DNA from: Cyanophora paradoxa CCMP329
Taxonomy: Eukaryota > Plantae > Glaucophyta
DNA: 64,000 nt
Direction of reading: 5' to 3'
Assembly: GCA_004431415.1 (NCBI GenBank)
Contig: QPMI01000236.1
Coordinates: 15,064-79,063 of the forward strand
A program made the translations under genes and the position numbers. Shown here piece by piece: positions 35,301 through 48,250 of this stretch. Within the stretch, counting starts at the first letter, position 1. Every line of letters starts with the position of its first letter. The notes under the pieces were generated by a model. It made no database searches and had not been told where the DNA came from. It was given only the letters and a program-made list of their open reading frames with translations.

Positions 35301-38300
35301 AGGACGAGGTGTACCCTCACCTCGAGTTCGCCCGCGTCGACGTGCGCGCCGTACCCCCCTGCACCCCTCCGTACCCCGTACCCCTCGAGCCGCCTCGGGG
35401 GGTAGGGCCAGCTTGCGTGCTTCGGGCTGCAGCTGGTGCGGTACACGACCGCCGCCCGTCTGCAGGAGATCATCGACGCCCACGAGCGCGTGCGCGTACC
35501 CCCCTCCCCGCCGAGCGAGTACCCCTGACCGGCGCGATTCCGTACCCCTCCGCAGGCCGGCGTCACGGTCTTCAACCCGCACACGTACCTCTTGGAGGAC
35601 GGGGGGATGAAGCAGGCGAGTTCCTTGAGGGGGTACGCGCGTCCCGCGGTCCATGCCGACTGCGGGGGTACGCAGGTGGACGAGGAGCAGCTGGGGTACA
35701 AGCTCGAGGCCGACCCCCTAGGCCTGTTGGTGCGCGGGCCCGGACCGCTCTACCCCCCCCCCCCCTCCACATGTCCAGTGCGAGCTCTGTACCCCCCAGA
35801 ACCCCGGCAAGATGCGGGCGTGGGAAGAGCGGTACGGGTCCGCGGCGCCGCCCCCTCCCCCGGCCCCCGTCAGGTCGCCCACCGCGTACCCCTCCCCTCC
35901 CCGACTCGCCTCCCTCTTACCCCGCCCCGCCCCACCCCGGCGCGGCGCCCGCAGCACGGCGGCCGACCCCTCCTTCACGCTCTTCGCCTCGCCTGCCGCC
36001 CCCGCCCCCGCCGCCGCAGCAGCAGCCGGCGCGAAGCAGCAGCAGGCGTCTTCCTCCTCCTCCTCGTCCTCGTCCGCCCCCGCGCCCATCCCCGGCTTCG
36101 AGGCGATGCACCGGGGCGGCCGCCGCCGCTGGCGCTGGGAGGCCCGCCCCCCCTCCCCACCCCTCCACCCCACCCCTCCCTCCCCTCCCCTCCCCCACCC
36201 CGCCCCTGACGCCCCGGCAGGAGTTCACGACGCGGGAGTTCCACGAGATGGACATGGCTCGCGCCGTTGCCGTCATCCCGGTGCCCGCCCAGCCTTGCCG
36301 GCCCCGCCCGATTTCCTTCCGATTTCCTTCCGGCCCCGCCCGATTTCCTTCCGATTTCCGATTTCTCCGCCCCGCTAGCCCCGCCCCGCCCCCTTCGTCC
36401 GCATCCGCCCCGCCCGCCCGCCCCATCCGACGTGCCCCTCCGCTCTGCCCGGCAGGTGGGTGCCGTGGAGCAGCACGGGCCGCACCTCCCCGTCGCCGTC
36501 GACGCCCTTCTCGCCACACGCTCCCTCGATCGCGCCCTCGAGGCTCGCTTGGTTTTGCTTTGGTTCTGCAGCAGGCTTGCTTGCTTCGGTTCGAGAAGCT
36601 CGCGCGCAGGTGGCGGGGGAGGCCTGGGGCGTGCCCCTCCTCGCGCTGCCCCCCGTCTGCGTCGGCAAGTCCAACGAGGTCCGATCCGCCCCACCCCACC
36701 CCTCCCCGAAGCTCGAGCTTCCGCTGCTTCAAGAAGCAAGCATCTTAAGACAAGTTCGATGACTTGCTAGCTCGAGCTCGCTTCGGATGCCGCTCTTCCT
36801 TTGAAGAAGCATCTTCAAAGGAAGAAACTTCGCGAGCTTCCAGCGGCTGCGCCGCCTGATCGATCGTGAGCGCCGCGCGCAGCACGCGGCGTTCGCGGGG
36901 ACGCTGACGCTCTCGGCGGAGACCCTGACGCGGCTCCTCACGGACCTCGTCGAGTCCGTCCACCGCGCCGGTACCCCCCCGCCTCCGCTCCCGCCCCAGC
37001 CCGGCTAGCTAAGTACCCCTTCGAGCTCGAGCTCCAGCTCGCGGGCTTGATCTCGAGCTGGACCTAGCTATAGGATCTTGGGCTTAAGCTTGCGCTCGAG
37101 CCCGTGTCCTTGCCGGGCGGCCGGCCCTCCGCCTGAAGCCCCCCGCGCAGGCGTCCGGAAGGTCGTCCTCCTCAACTCGCACGGCGGCCAGCCCCAGGTC
37201 CCCCGCCCCCGGCCCTGGCCCCGGCCCCGGCCCCGGCCCCTTAGCCCCCGGCCCCCGGCCCCGGCTCCCGGTCCCCGGCCCTGGCCCTCGACCTAGCCTG
37301 CTAACGAGACTGGAGCTTAGAGCTCGAGCATCCCCGAACCGTCCTTAGCTGCCCTCAACTCGCATCCAGAGCTTTTACTGCCGCTCCCTCGATCGCGTCG
37401 AGCCAGCCTCTTACGTCCGCGCCCCGCGCGCCCTCGGCGGCAGGTGCTGGACATCGTGGCGCGGGACGCCCGCCAGCGCCTCTCCATGCTCGTCGTCCGG
37501 TGCGCCGCGTGCCCGCCCGCCAGCCCGGCCCGCGGATCCCTTCTTCTTTCTCCCTCTCTGCCGCTTCCGTCCGATTGCGGGCCGCAGGTGCAACGTGTAC
37601 GCCATGTGGGCGACCGACAAGCTCTGGTGCGACCCTAGCTAAAAATAACTGAGGGCGGTGCCAGGCCGGGCCTCACGCGCGCTCGCCGCCGATCGCACAC
37701 AGGCCGCCGGAGGAGGTCAGGTGGGGCATCCACGGGGGCGGTATTGAGACCTCGATCATGCTCCACCTCCGCCCGGGTGCGCCCTGGGCTTGAAGCTGGA
37801 TCCAGATCTGTGCAAGGGAGATCGCATCGTCTAGAACTCCTGCCTTCTCTTACGCGGAGGCCTCCGGTTCCGCAGACCTGGTGCAGATGGAGCACGCGCG
37901 GGACTTCCGCAGCCGCGGGCGCGACCGCCACGCCGGCGACCGGTGCGGCCTTTAACTTGGACCTTCGATCTCTGCGATCCGGGTCGAGCTGAAGCGTCCC
38001 CCTCCTCCAGGTGGCTCCACCCGCACTCCTCCATCGGCTACGGGTGGCTCACCCAGGACCTGAGCCCCGTGCGCCATACGCTCTAATTTCTGACCCGCGC
38101 CGGGCCACATCATCATCATCATCATACCGCTGAGCTCTAAGCAGGATGGCGCGATCGGAGACGCGACCGACGCCGACGCCGGTCAGGGCCGACTCCCCGT
38201 TCAAATTTCACAATTAAGAGGCTCTGATATCGATACGCTATCATTCTATTTATTAAGAGACTTTAAAGAGACTCGCTATTTATTACAATATTATATAAAG

Positions 38301-38648
38301 ATACGCTATGGGCTGACTGGGCGGCGCCCCGCCGGCGTGTCTGCGCTGCGGTCGCGTGCAGAGCGGGGGCGGGCGGTGCTGGAGCAGAGCGCGAGGGACC
38401 TCGTCACGTTCTTTGAGGAGGTACCCCCCTCCCCCCCCACCCCCCACCCCACCCCCATCGCCCTCGCGGCTGACGCGCTCATGATCGCCCCTACGCCCCC
38501 GCCCGCCCCCCCCCCCCCCCCCCGCCCCCTCGCCCCCCGCCCCCGCCCTCCGCCCCCGCAGGTGCACCGGTTCGACGTGGGGGCCCTGGAGGCGGGTACT
38601 GCCTTCTCGGACCTCGGCGGCGCCTACCGCGACCCCGGGCTCGACTGA
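32338..38648 (+). CDS. Plastid-targeted fusion of an FAD-binding (FAD_binding_4/VAO-PCMH) oxidoreductase and a creatininase-family amidohydrolase (about 33 exons)
   Basis: Transit peptide MAFASAG..SSFL. Oxidoreductase motifs: SKDYFWYSPILKEQL, RGWGTGNYGQAVPL, HPSTRRTASIGGFVAGGSGG, AYGTNGIITE, WNHTTLHALK, NPHTYLLEDGG, DPLGLLNPGKM. An Ala/Ser/Pro linker without a stop follows. Creatininase motifs: PVGAVEQHGPHLPVAVD, SNEH..FAGTL, LNSHGGQPQ, GIHGGGIETS, GAIGDAT. Stop at 38648. Confidence 0.88.
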
Positions 38649-38966
38649 CGCGCCCCGGCTGAGCTGGGGCCGGCTCATGGCCATGGCCAGCCCCGTCCGA
38701 ACCCGCTTTGATGGCTGTAGTTGCCGGCGCCTCAGGGGGCCAGCGCGCAGCAAGACAGCCTGGCAGAAGACGCTCAGAGTTCGGATATCGATAGAATATT
38801 CAATTACGAATTCAATATGATTTAGCTTCCACTTCGTGCCAGGCATACTCTTCGAGCTTCGTCACTGCCTGCGCGAAGTACGTATACTAGTCAGAAGCCA
38901 TGATAGATAAACAAAAATAAATTCAGAAGCAGTTATTATGCTCGAAATACAAATTAAAGGCAGGTA

Positions 38967-41077
38967 TTATAATGCATATGCATCACAGGAACCTCGCGCG
39001 CACCCGGCCGTGCGTTTGAATTCGATGCCAGCGGCCGCGAGCGCGTCGCGGAGCGCTTGCGCGCACCAGCGGGCCCAGAACGGCCCGCGCGCCACCTCGC
39101 GGATGTCTTCTTTCAGCCCCACGAGCCGCTCCCCGATCTGCGCGCGCGTGCGCGCGCCGCCGCCTGCTTAAGCTTGATACCGCCGGCCGGCCGCGTGCGG
39201 CTTCGTTTCTCCGTCGTTGCCTTTTATATTATCTGGACGGACCTGCTCGAAGCTCTCGTGCAAGCCGTCGCCGTGTCGGGAAGCCTGCGGGCGCGCCGAT
39301 GCCCCTCAGCCGCCTTGCTTTGCATATTATCTGGAAGGGTCCGTATATAATCTAGATCGCATGCGCATTGCATTTTTCTAGAGGCGCGCGCCTAGGCCTT
39401 GCGCCTCCACCGCTCGCCGCTATTATAATTATATACGTTCAGGAAACGGCGCTTCCCCGCCGTCCATTCATCGCCTTGTGTTTAAGATCTAGAGTTTCTC
39501 GGCAGGGCCAGACAGCGCTAAAATTTCGAAATCGAATCTTCGGGCCACGTGCACGGCCGGGGGCCGTGCCGGGCGCCGGGGCTCGCGCACGTGCTCGAGC
39601 GCCACGTCGAGCAGAGCGGCCTCGGAGTCGAGCTCCTCCTGGTGCGCCGAGAGCCGCGAGAGGCGGAAGAGCGCCTCGCCCCGCGCCAGGCCCCCTCGCT
39701 CCGCGTCCCGCAGCAGCGCCTCCCGCTCGCGCTTCAGATCCTATCGAAATCGACGCGTCACGAAAACGGCAAAGGGAAATTCAAAGGTCTAGACTCAAGC
39801 TTAAGTTTATAATTTCATCAAATTCTTTCTCAACATTGTTTCTCAGAAGTCAGGTGGGGCGAAATTAAATCTCCACCAAGCCTCGAGCGAAGTCCGCGGG
39901 ACTGGGAAATCAAACGTCTAGGATTGCGCATGCAGATGCATATGCATATGCATCGTGGTAATCTCGGACCTTCACATACACGCGCAGACGATTCAAGGTG
40001 GCCTCGGCGGCTTTTACTCCGCGCTTCAAATCGCCCAACTCGCGCCTGCGGGAATCTAGATCTCGGATCCGGAACTCGAAGCTTTGAGTTTATAGTGAAA
40101 ATGGGAAGAACTGCAACGCTCAAGTCGGAATGGGAATCGCGCACTGGGAATCGTTGGATTCCTCGTCCAGCGCCTCCGCAGTTGCCTTGAGGGCCGCCAT
40201 CTCAAGGTACCAGTGCGCGACGCTGGTGAAGAGCGGGGCGTAGATAGCCACCCGGATTTCGATCGGCACCGGAACGAAATCAACCAGAAAAGCCGCAAGG
40301 ATCGTCAGAGTCAGTGCGGGATCGATGTTCTCGATTTTGTGCAGCGCAGATCTAAGCTGAAAGCGAAGCGTGCTCAAGCTCCCGCCGCCTCCGTTATCCT
40401 CCAACATCGCGCGCGGCTGCAGAGGCAGAGACAAGAACTCCAGATCGGATCCGAACTCCTTGCCGCTAGGCCCCTGAGGCCTATTGCCTTCGAAATTCCC
40501 GCCGGGCTGAGGGGCCAGGGCTCGCAAGCCGTCGCGCCTGTGAAATTCCTCGGCCGCTGGTCCCCTTCCGAGTGCCGTGACGCGCCACGTCCATCTAGAT
40601 CTGCAGATCGTAGTTAGAATACAGTAATATGTGCGAATTCGAAGTTCCGCGAGTGCGAAAATGTGCGAAATGTACACTGATCGCGGGGATCCGGAATGCG
40701 AATTCAGAATTACCGTGCGCTTGAGTGTGGTTCCACCGCGCCCAGCACGTGCACCGGCGTAGCAGCTGCAGGCGCGAAAATGCCGAAATCGTGGCTGACG
40801 CGACGTCGACTGGCTCGAGGCTGGGCGCGGGTCGAAGTCGGCGCGAAAGAGCCGGCCGCGGCCGCGAAATGCCTGCGAGAAGCTTAAGCTGAAGGATCGG
40901 GCGATCGAGCCAGAATATAACACCAATCACGCATGCGCACGCATCAGATCTCTCGTCGGCGTCGTCGCGATCGGCGTCGATGGCAGGCAATGCCGGCGCC
41001 GAGCGGGCGAAACGCGGGCCGGAGATCGAGAGCGCCCCGCCGAACACGAAGCTTAAGCCCGTCCTGAGGCGCGCCAT
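38967..41077 (-). CDS. Hypothetical multi-exon protein, possibly with membrane segments
   Basis: Protein-like exon blocks on the minus strand: MARLRTGLSFVFGG, IDPALTLTILAAFLVDFVPVPIEIRVAIYAPLFTSVAHWYLEM, EREALLRDAERGG..EELDSEAALLDVALEH and AQIGERLVGLKE..WCAQALRDAL. No family recognised, and both ends are uncertain. Confidence 0.4.
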
Positions 41078-41534
41078 TGCGACGGCGTGCGCCCTCCACG
41101 AATGAAGTGCCACTAGCTATAGCGTCTCTAGAACTCCTTAAGCTTCGAATTCGAATTCTCCTCTTTATAGCTCCTCTCGAGCTTTGTTTTCTTGTATCTG
41201 CTTGCATGCATATATATATATATGCACATGCATGCGCAGCCGGCATATATATGGGGGCCGATCGCGAGCTCGAGGAGCTCGAGCTAGAGGCGGTCGCGAA
41301 GAAATTTAATTTTCGCGCGAAGAGTACTAGCTATAGCTGGGATGGCGATCGAGAGGAGAGGAGCTCCTGAGGGCAATAATTAATTCGCGGGGATGGCAAT
41401 TTGCGAAAACCCGCAAAACCTGCGCCAGTGACCTGCAGCTGGTGCGCGCTCCGCGCTTCCCCCGCGCGCCTGTGCATTATTTGATTGCGCTCATATGCGT
41501 ATTTCGCAATCGTAGCATTGATCTGCCGCGAAAT

Positions 41535-44464
41535 ATGGAGAGGAGACGATCCAAGCGGCTTCGCAAAGAAGCTCCGACGTGCGCGCCGCGATGCGCGATT
41601 TCGCGATTGCTGTAGACGTCGACTTCGGCACTGATTTAATTTGCGGCCCGCACGATCAGAGACGCCGCGGGCGGTGCGCCCGAGCTCTCGGCGCTCGAAG
41701 CGCTGCACCCGGACGCGCTGGAGGCGGTGCTGCTGCGCCTCGGGCTCGTCGAGGCGTGGCGGAGCCTGCGGCCGGTCAGCAGGGCGATGCGCGCGGCGGT
41801 CGATCGCGTGGTGGCGTGGCCGGCGCTGCGGCTCAAGGCGGACACCGTCGAAAAGCTCCAGCTGGCAGCAGCACGCTTCGCTCGTGATCAGCCGCGCCAG
41901 AGGAGGCGCGCACGTGTGCAAGTGCCTCGTATTACGCTGGCCGCCGGCGCCGCGATTGAATTGATCACCTGGATCGATGACGACGGCCAGCGTCTTGTGT
42001 GCGAAAAGAGCCTCGAGGCCATTTCGTCCCTGTTTTCCGCCTGCTCGGCGTCCAGCGGGAGCGGCGGCAGCGTCGGCAGCATCTCTCTTACGCTCGACAT
42101 AAGCTCCTCAATGAAGGAACAATTCAAGGCGCAAGCCGGTGTGGCACTTGTGTCGGTGATCAATGAGACCCAGCGCTTCATTCCAGCCATGCTCGAGCCG
42201 CTGAGCAGCCCCGAGGCGGAGGGCGGCAGCCGCCACTCGCTCAAGAGCGTCGGCGTCCAGCTGAAATGGAGCATGTTCGCCATCCAGATGCCAAATGACA
42301 TCGTTCAGCTTCTGTCACGCTTCCCGCGCCTCGAGCGGCTGGAGCCGCTGCAGCCATACGTGCTGGACAACGTCGCCTCTGCCATTCCAGCCTTGCTGCC
42401 CGCGCTGCGTTCCGCATTCGTTAGGTTCAGCGACGGCGCGGCACTCGCCCGCCTCGCCTCGCACCCTGCGCTCGAGGAGCTGAGCGTGTCGACCACGGGG
42501 AGGCACGAGGGGGACAGTCGCGGACCCGCGAGCGGTTTCGACGCCTTCGCGGCGGGCCCAGTCGCTTCTCGCCTGCGAAAGCTGAAGATAACCTTGTGCG
42601 CATGCATATGCCCCATCTCCAATTCATTTCGAACCTGCTGCGATCCGATACATTTATCGATATCCTTCAATGTTTTGGCTGCAGCTGACCCCGCAGCGCA
42701 CGCAGCAGCAGCGGGTCCGAGCCGGAGTTCAACATCGCGGATCTCCCCTCGCTGCGCCGCCTCACCTCTCTTGAGGCGCTGGAGCTCAACGTCGATTTGT
42801 GCCATAACGTTCGCTCTCTTTCTTATAAATAATTCGCTATTAACACCGGCTGCATATGGGCGGATCCTAAACCAGGAGCAAGACGAAGGCGCTGCGGAGA
42901 CCCTGGAATCGGCCGTGCTGCTTTTTTCGCGCATGGACGAGTACCTTGCGGGCATGCAGCGGCTCCGCACGCTCGACCTCGGCGTTCGCTTTGACAGCAA
43001 GAATGCCAAGCACATCCAGGCCATCGCCCGCCCCTTCCCCGCCCTCTGCGAACGCTACCCGGTCGAATTCAACTGCCGCCTCGGCGTTGGCAACCGTGCG
43101 TGATTCGCTTCGCGAACTCTCTAGATTCTATAATTATATATATGAAATCCGTGCTCTAAATGAAATCCTAGTCTTGTTATAAAATACTCTAGACTCTAGA
43201 CTCTATAAATCCTCGCTTCGCTTCGCGAATTATATCCTGCATTACTGCGAATTTTATTTCCTTGCAGCGTTCATGAATTTGGACGACGACTCGAAGCCCG
43301 AAGTGGACTCTGCGCTCGCGGAGCTGCTTCGCGCCGCGGGGACCTCCCTGGTCGTACTCTCGGGAGGAATTACGCGCGGAGAGGCGTTCTCCGCCCTCGC
43401 CGACTGCCCGCGGCTGCGAGAACTGCGCCTGCTCGACAAGCTGGGCAACCCCAAACAAGTCGACTCGCGCTGGCGGCCCCAGCCGCCAGACTGGCTCGCG
43501 CGGGGCGACCACGAGACCCTTGCAAGGCTGCGCCGGCTGCGCAAGCTCGACCTCGAATTTATTTACGCTGGGCGCCTTGGCCCGGCGCACCTGCGCTGCC
43601 TCGCCCGCTCCCTCACAGAGCTCTGCGCGCACTCCCTCGCCGAACTCCACCTCAAGATTTGTGCGTGCAAGCTGCTTTCTTTCTATCTGCTTTCTTTCTC
43701 GTGCCGCCCAATGATATTCAATATTGCAAACACGCGATCGTGCCGCCAAATTCAAGCACTCGCGATCGTGCCGCCAAATTAATTATATTGCAACCCGCCG
43801 CGACCCGCCGCTTTCTGAGATTATAAATTAAGCTTAAGATTCAAGCACTAGCTATATAGTGCAGCGCAATTAAATTGCAACCCGCCTCGACCCGCTCGCC
43901 CTCACTCTAAATCTCGCTCTCGCTCGCGATTGCCGCGGCCCTGCAGTCACGGAGGACGAGGCGGGCGTGGACGCGGCGCTCGCGGAGCTGCTTCGGGCGG
44001 CGGCGCCGGTGCTCGTCGAGCTCATCGTCGGCGCGGCGGTGCTCAAAGGGGAGGCCGCGACCGCGCTGGCCGCCTGCCCGCGCCTCAAGCGGGTGGATCT
44101 GCTCGAGCCCGGTGTCCCCGACACGCCCTGGGAGCCCGTCCCGGTCGCCGAGGCGGTGGACGTGCTCGCGGCGTGCCCCACCGTCGAAGCGATCTTGGGC
44201 CTCATCGTGCCCTTCAGCAGCGAGCGGGAGGCATCGGAGCTGGTCGAGCCGCTGCGCCGCCTCGCGACCTCCCGTGCCTTCGACAGCCCCAGCTGCTTTT
44301 TCATTCTCCGGCCAGGCGGGAGGCTCCGCGGCGAGCGGCTGGAAAAGGCTGTGAACCTCGCGATGGAGCTCGTCCTCGCCGCCTTCCCGAGGGCGGCAGT
44401 CGAGACCCCGGAGGGAATTTACATTCACCCTTACTTCCTTCCTGGCGGCCGGTATAGGTACTAG
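41535..44464 (+). CDS. F-box / LRR-like protein, paralog 1
   Basis: MERRRSKRLRKEAPT|DAAGG..LEALHPDALEAVLLRLGLVEAWRSLRPVSRAMRAAV (F-box-like), followed by repeated xPRLExLxL leucine-rich motifs. Multi-exon. Confidence 0.75.
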
Positions 44465-45108
44465 TATTTGCAATTGACGGAGAGCTGTACTTAAATTCGC
44501 GATTGACGTCGGCATTGTCGAGCCTCGGAGTTTACAGCTGCGACGGATGCTAGCGCTGCGCATGCAATCTTGAATAATTTCAATGACTAGTCCTGGGGGC
44601 GCGCCGGCGGGCCGCGCGGTTCCGGGGGCCGGAGCCGAACGCGAAAATATTCAATGGGATCGGAATTTAATATTACTCCTCAGGGTATATATGCTAGCTA
44701 CAGATATATCGTCTCTAGATCTCCTTCGAATTCTCCTTTTTATAGCTCTTTTCGAGCTTTGTTTTATTCTCTCTTCGCTTGCATATATATCCGCATATGC
44801 ATGCGCAGCCGGTATATATGGGGGCCGGCGCCGAGCTCGACGCGTATACGAGGCGGTCGCGAGGAAACTTGATTTTCGCGCGGAAGGGATATATCGATAT
44901 CGAGATCTAGATCTAGATCTCGAGGGATATCGATGGCGATCGAGAGCTCGAGGAGGCCGGGTCGGCGGTCAATTGAAGGGAGCTCCACATATATAGCTAT
45001 ATATATATAGGAAGGGCTGAGGACAATCCGCGAAAATACCCGCGAAATCCGGCGACCTGTGCGCTCATCCGCACATTTCGCGCTCGTAGCATCAATCTGC
45101 CGCGAAAT

Positions 45109-48100
45109 ATGGAGCGAAGACGATCCAAGCGGCTTCGTAACGAAGCTCCGACGTGCGCGCCGCGATGCGCGATTTCGCGATTGCTGTAGACGTCGACGTC
45201 GACGTCGGCACTGATTTGCGGCCCGCACGATCAGAGACGCCGCGGGCGGTGCGCCGGCGCCCGAGCTCTCGGCGCTCGAAGCGCTGCACCCGGACGCGCT
45301 GGAGGCGGTGCTGCTGCGCCTCGGGCTCGTCGAGGCGTGGCGGAGCCTGCGGCCGGTCAGCAGGGCGATGCGCGCGGCGGTCGATCGCGTGGCAGCGTGG
45401 CCGGCGCTGCGGCTCAAGGCGGACACTGTCGAAAAGCTCCAGCTGGCAGCAGCGCGCTTCGCTCGCGATCAGCCGCGGAAGAGGAGGCGCGCACGTGAGC
45501 AAGCGCCTCGCATCACGCTGGCCGCCGGCGCCGCGATTGAATTGATCACCGGGATCGATGACGACGGCAAGCATACGCGTCCAGTGATCGTGAGCGAAAA
45601 ACGGATTGACGCCATCTCGGCCCTGTTTTCCGCCTGCTCGGCGTCCAGCGGCGGTCTCGGCAGCCTCAAGGTTTCTCTGCAGCTGGCGCTCGACCTGTGC
45701 AGAAGCTACGATCGCGAGCTGGAGGAATCGGGAGAGAAAAGCATCGAAAAAGCTATTTTGGCCGCGCTCGACCTGCTGAGCCGGCCGGAAGCGGAGGGCG
45801 GCAGCCGCCACACGCTCAGGAGCGTCAGCGTCCAGCTCAAAATGGGCATGCATATGCACATTCTTGCATCTCAGGCTTCGGAGGGACTTGTGCAGCTGCT
45901 GTCCCGCTTCCCGCGCCTCGAGCGGCTGGAGCTGCCCTACCTCCTGGACAGCGGAGCTTCGAATTCGAACGCAGCCGTCCCTGCCGCGCTGCCCACGCTG
46001 CGTTCCGCGGTCGTTTGCCTTCGCGACGGCGCGGCCCTCGCCCGCCTCGCTTTTCATCCGGCGCTTGAGGAGCTCGATGTCTCGGTCTTAGAGCCCGATT
46101 GGGTTGACCGCGGACCGAGGAGCGGCTTTGATGTTTTCGCGGCGGGCCCCGCCGCCGCACGGCTGCGAAAGCTGAAGATAACTTTGTGCGGACTTCTTCG
46201 AATTCTTGGATATTTTAGATATAATCGCTGTATGCATCTGCTGACCATGCAGCGCGCACAGCACCAGCGGATATATATATCGGTCTGAAGCTGAGCCGGG
46301 GTTCGATATCGCGGACCTGCCCTCTCTGCGCCACCTCACCTCTCTCGAGGCGCTGGAGCTCAACTTCGACTTGGATTGTGATGTTCGCCGGCAGGTCAGT
46401 CCGGCTTGGATCTTCTCGGCTATAGCTAGTCCGCCACCAAGAGAAAGCCAAGGCCTTAGGGGACTGAGAACAGCCTCTAGCAAGAAGAAGCTTTGAAGCC
46501 GCTCAGATCTGAATTAATTTCTAATCGAACGTTGTAGGCTGAGCTTGACAGTTTCACACAGACCTTCGATGATCAAGGATTTGTTCGAACATACGAATCG
46601 GACGAATCGATATCGGGAGAATCGGAAGAAGATTCCGAGGAGTCAGTGCTGCTGGGCCCGGCGTGGCCGTTCTCTCTGCTAGACGAGCACCTCGCGGGCC
46701 TGCAGCGGCTGCGCACGCTCGACCTCCACATAGAATTCGATACTAAAGAAGTCGACGCCGAACAAATCCGGGCTGTAGCCTGCCCGCTCCCCGCTCTCTG
46801 CGACCGCAACTTCGCCAACTTCGACTGCCGCCTCAGTATCGGCAACCGTGCGCGATTCGCTTTGCAAATCAAATCCTCCATTATCGCGACCTCGGAATGC
46901 CCACGGAAGGCCCAACGCGTATGAGATCCCTGCTGCCAGCTGTGAAGCTCGACGGGCTGCGCACAGATAGACATTCATGATCATCGCCTCTCATTAATCC
47001 TCCATACGACCTATAGATGTTCACCCGCCAGTTTTGATTTCCTCGCAGCATTCCTAGAATTGGACGCCGAATCCAAGCTGGAGGTGGATTCGGCGCTCGC
47101 AGAACTTCTTCGCGCGGCGGGGCCCTCCCTGATAGCTCTCGGGGGAGAAATCGCGCGCGGAGAAGCGTTCTCCGCCCTCGCCGCCTGCCCGCGGCTGCAG
47201 GAACTGCACCTGCTCGACAAGCTGGGGGCCTATGTCCGGCTCGACTCGCACTGGCGGCCTGAGCCGCCGGACTGGCTCGCGCGGGGCGACCACGAGACCC
47301 TCGCAGGGCTGCGCCGGCTCCGCATTCTCGACCTCGATCTCTTTTACGCGGGGCGCCTCGGCCCGGCACACCTGCGCTGCCTCGCCCGCTCCGCCACAGA
47401 GCTCTGCGCGCACTCCCTCACCGAACTTCGCCTCAAGATTTGTGCGTGCAAGCTGCTTTCTGAATTTCTATCCAATCTTGTAAATGTGTTTAGATAAAGA
47501 TTTGAGATTTGTGCGTGCAAGCTGCTTTCTGAATTTCTATCCAATCTTGTAAATGTGTAAATGTAAATGTGCCGCCCAACCTGCCTCCACCCAATAGCCC
47601 TCACTCTCGCTCTCGCTCGCCGCGGCCGTGCAGTCACGGAGGACGAGGCGGGCGTGGACGCGGCGCTCGCGGAGCTGCTCCGGGCGGCGGCGCCGGCGCT
47701 CGTCGAGCTCGGCGTTGGCGCGGCGGTCCTCAAGGGGGAGGCCGCGGCCGCGCTCGCCGCCTGCCCGCGCCTGGAACGGTTGGAGCTGGTCGAGCCCGGG
47801 GTCCCCGACACGCGCTGGGAGCCCGTCCCCATCGCCGAGGCGGTGGATGCCGTCATCGCCTGCCCCTGCGTCAAAGTGATCTCGGGCTTCATAGTGCCCT
47901 TCAGCAGCGAGCGGGAGGCGGCGGAGCTGCTCGGGCCTCTGTCACGCCTCGCTGCCTCTCGCGCCTTCGACTGCCGCAGCTGCTCCTTCACACTCCGGCC
48001 CCGGGGGAGGCTGTGCTGCAAATCGAAACTGAAGGTCAAGGCCGTCAAGCTCGCGAAAAAGCTCGTCCACACCGCCTTCCCGAAGGCAGCGGTCAAGACC

Positions 48101-48139
48101 CCTGATGGGACGACGTATCGAGGAGGACACAGGTTCTAG
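45109..48139 (+). CDS. F-box / LRR-like protein, paralog 2 (tandem duplicate)
   Basis: Same exon layout and a nearly identical F-box exon. The upstream region (~44690-45100) is homologous to ~41115-41530. Confidence 0.75.
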
Positions 48140-48250
48140 GTAGCTCGACATCAATATAAATATTGCCACGAGAAAACGTTAACATCTCATGATCAGCAAG
48201 TACTAGTAGTTTTCCTTCCGCGAACGTTGCCACAAGCTCGAGCGAGTTTT

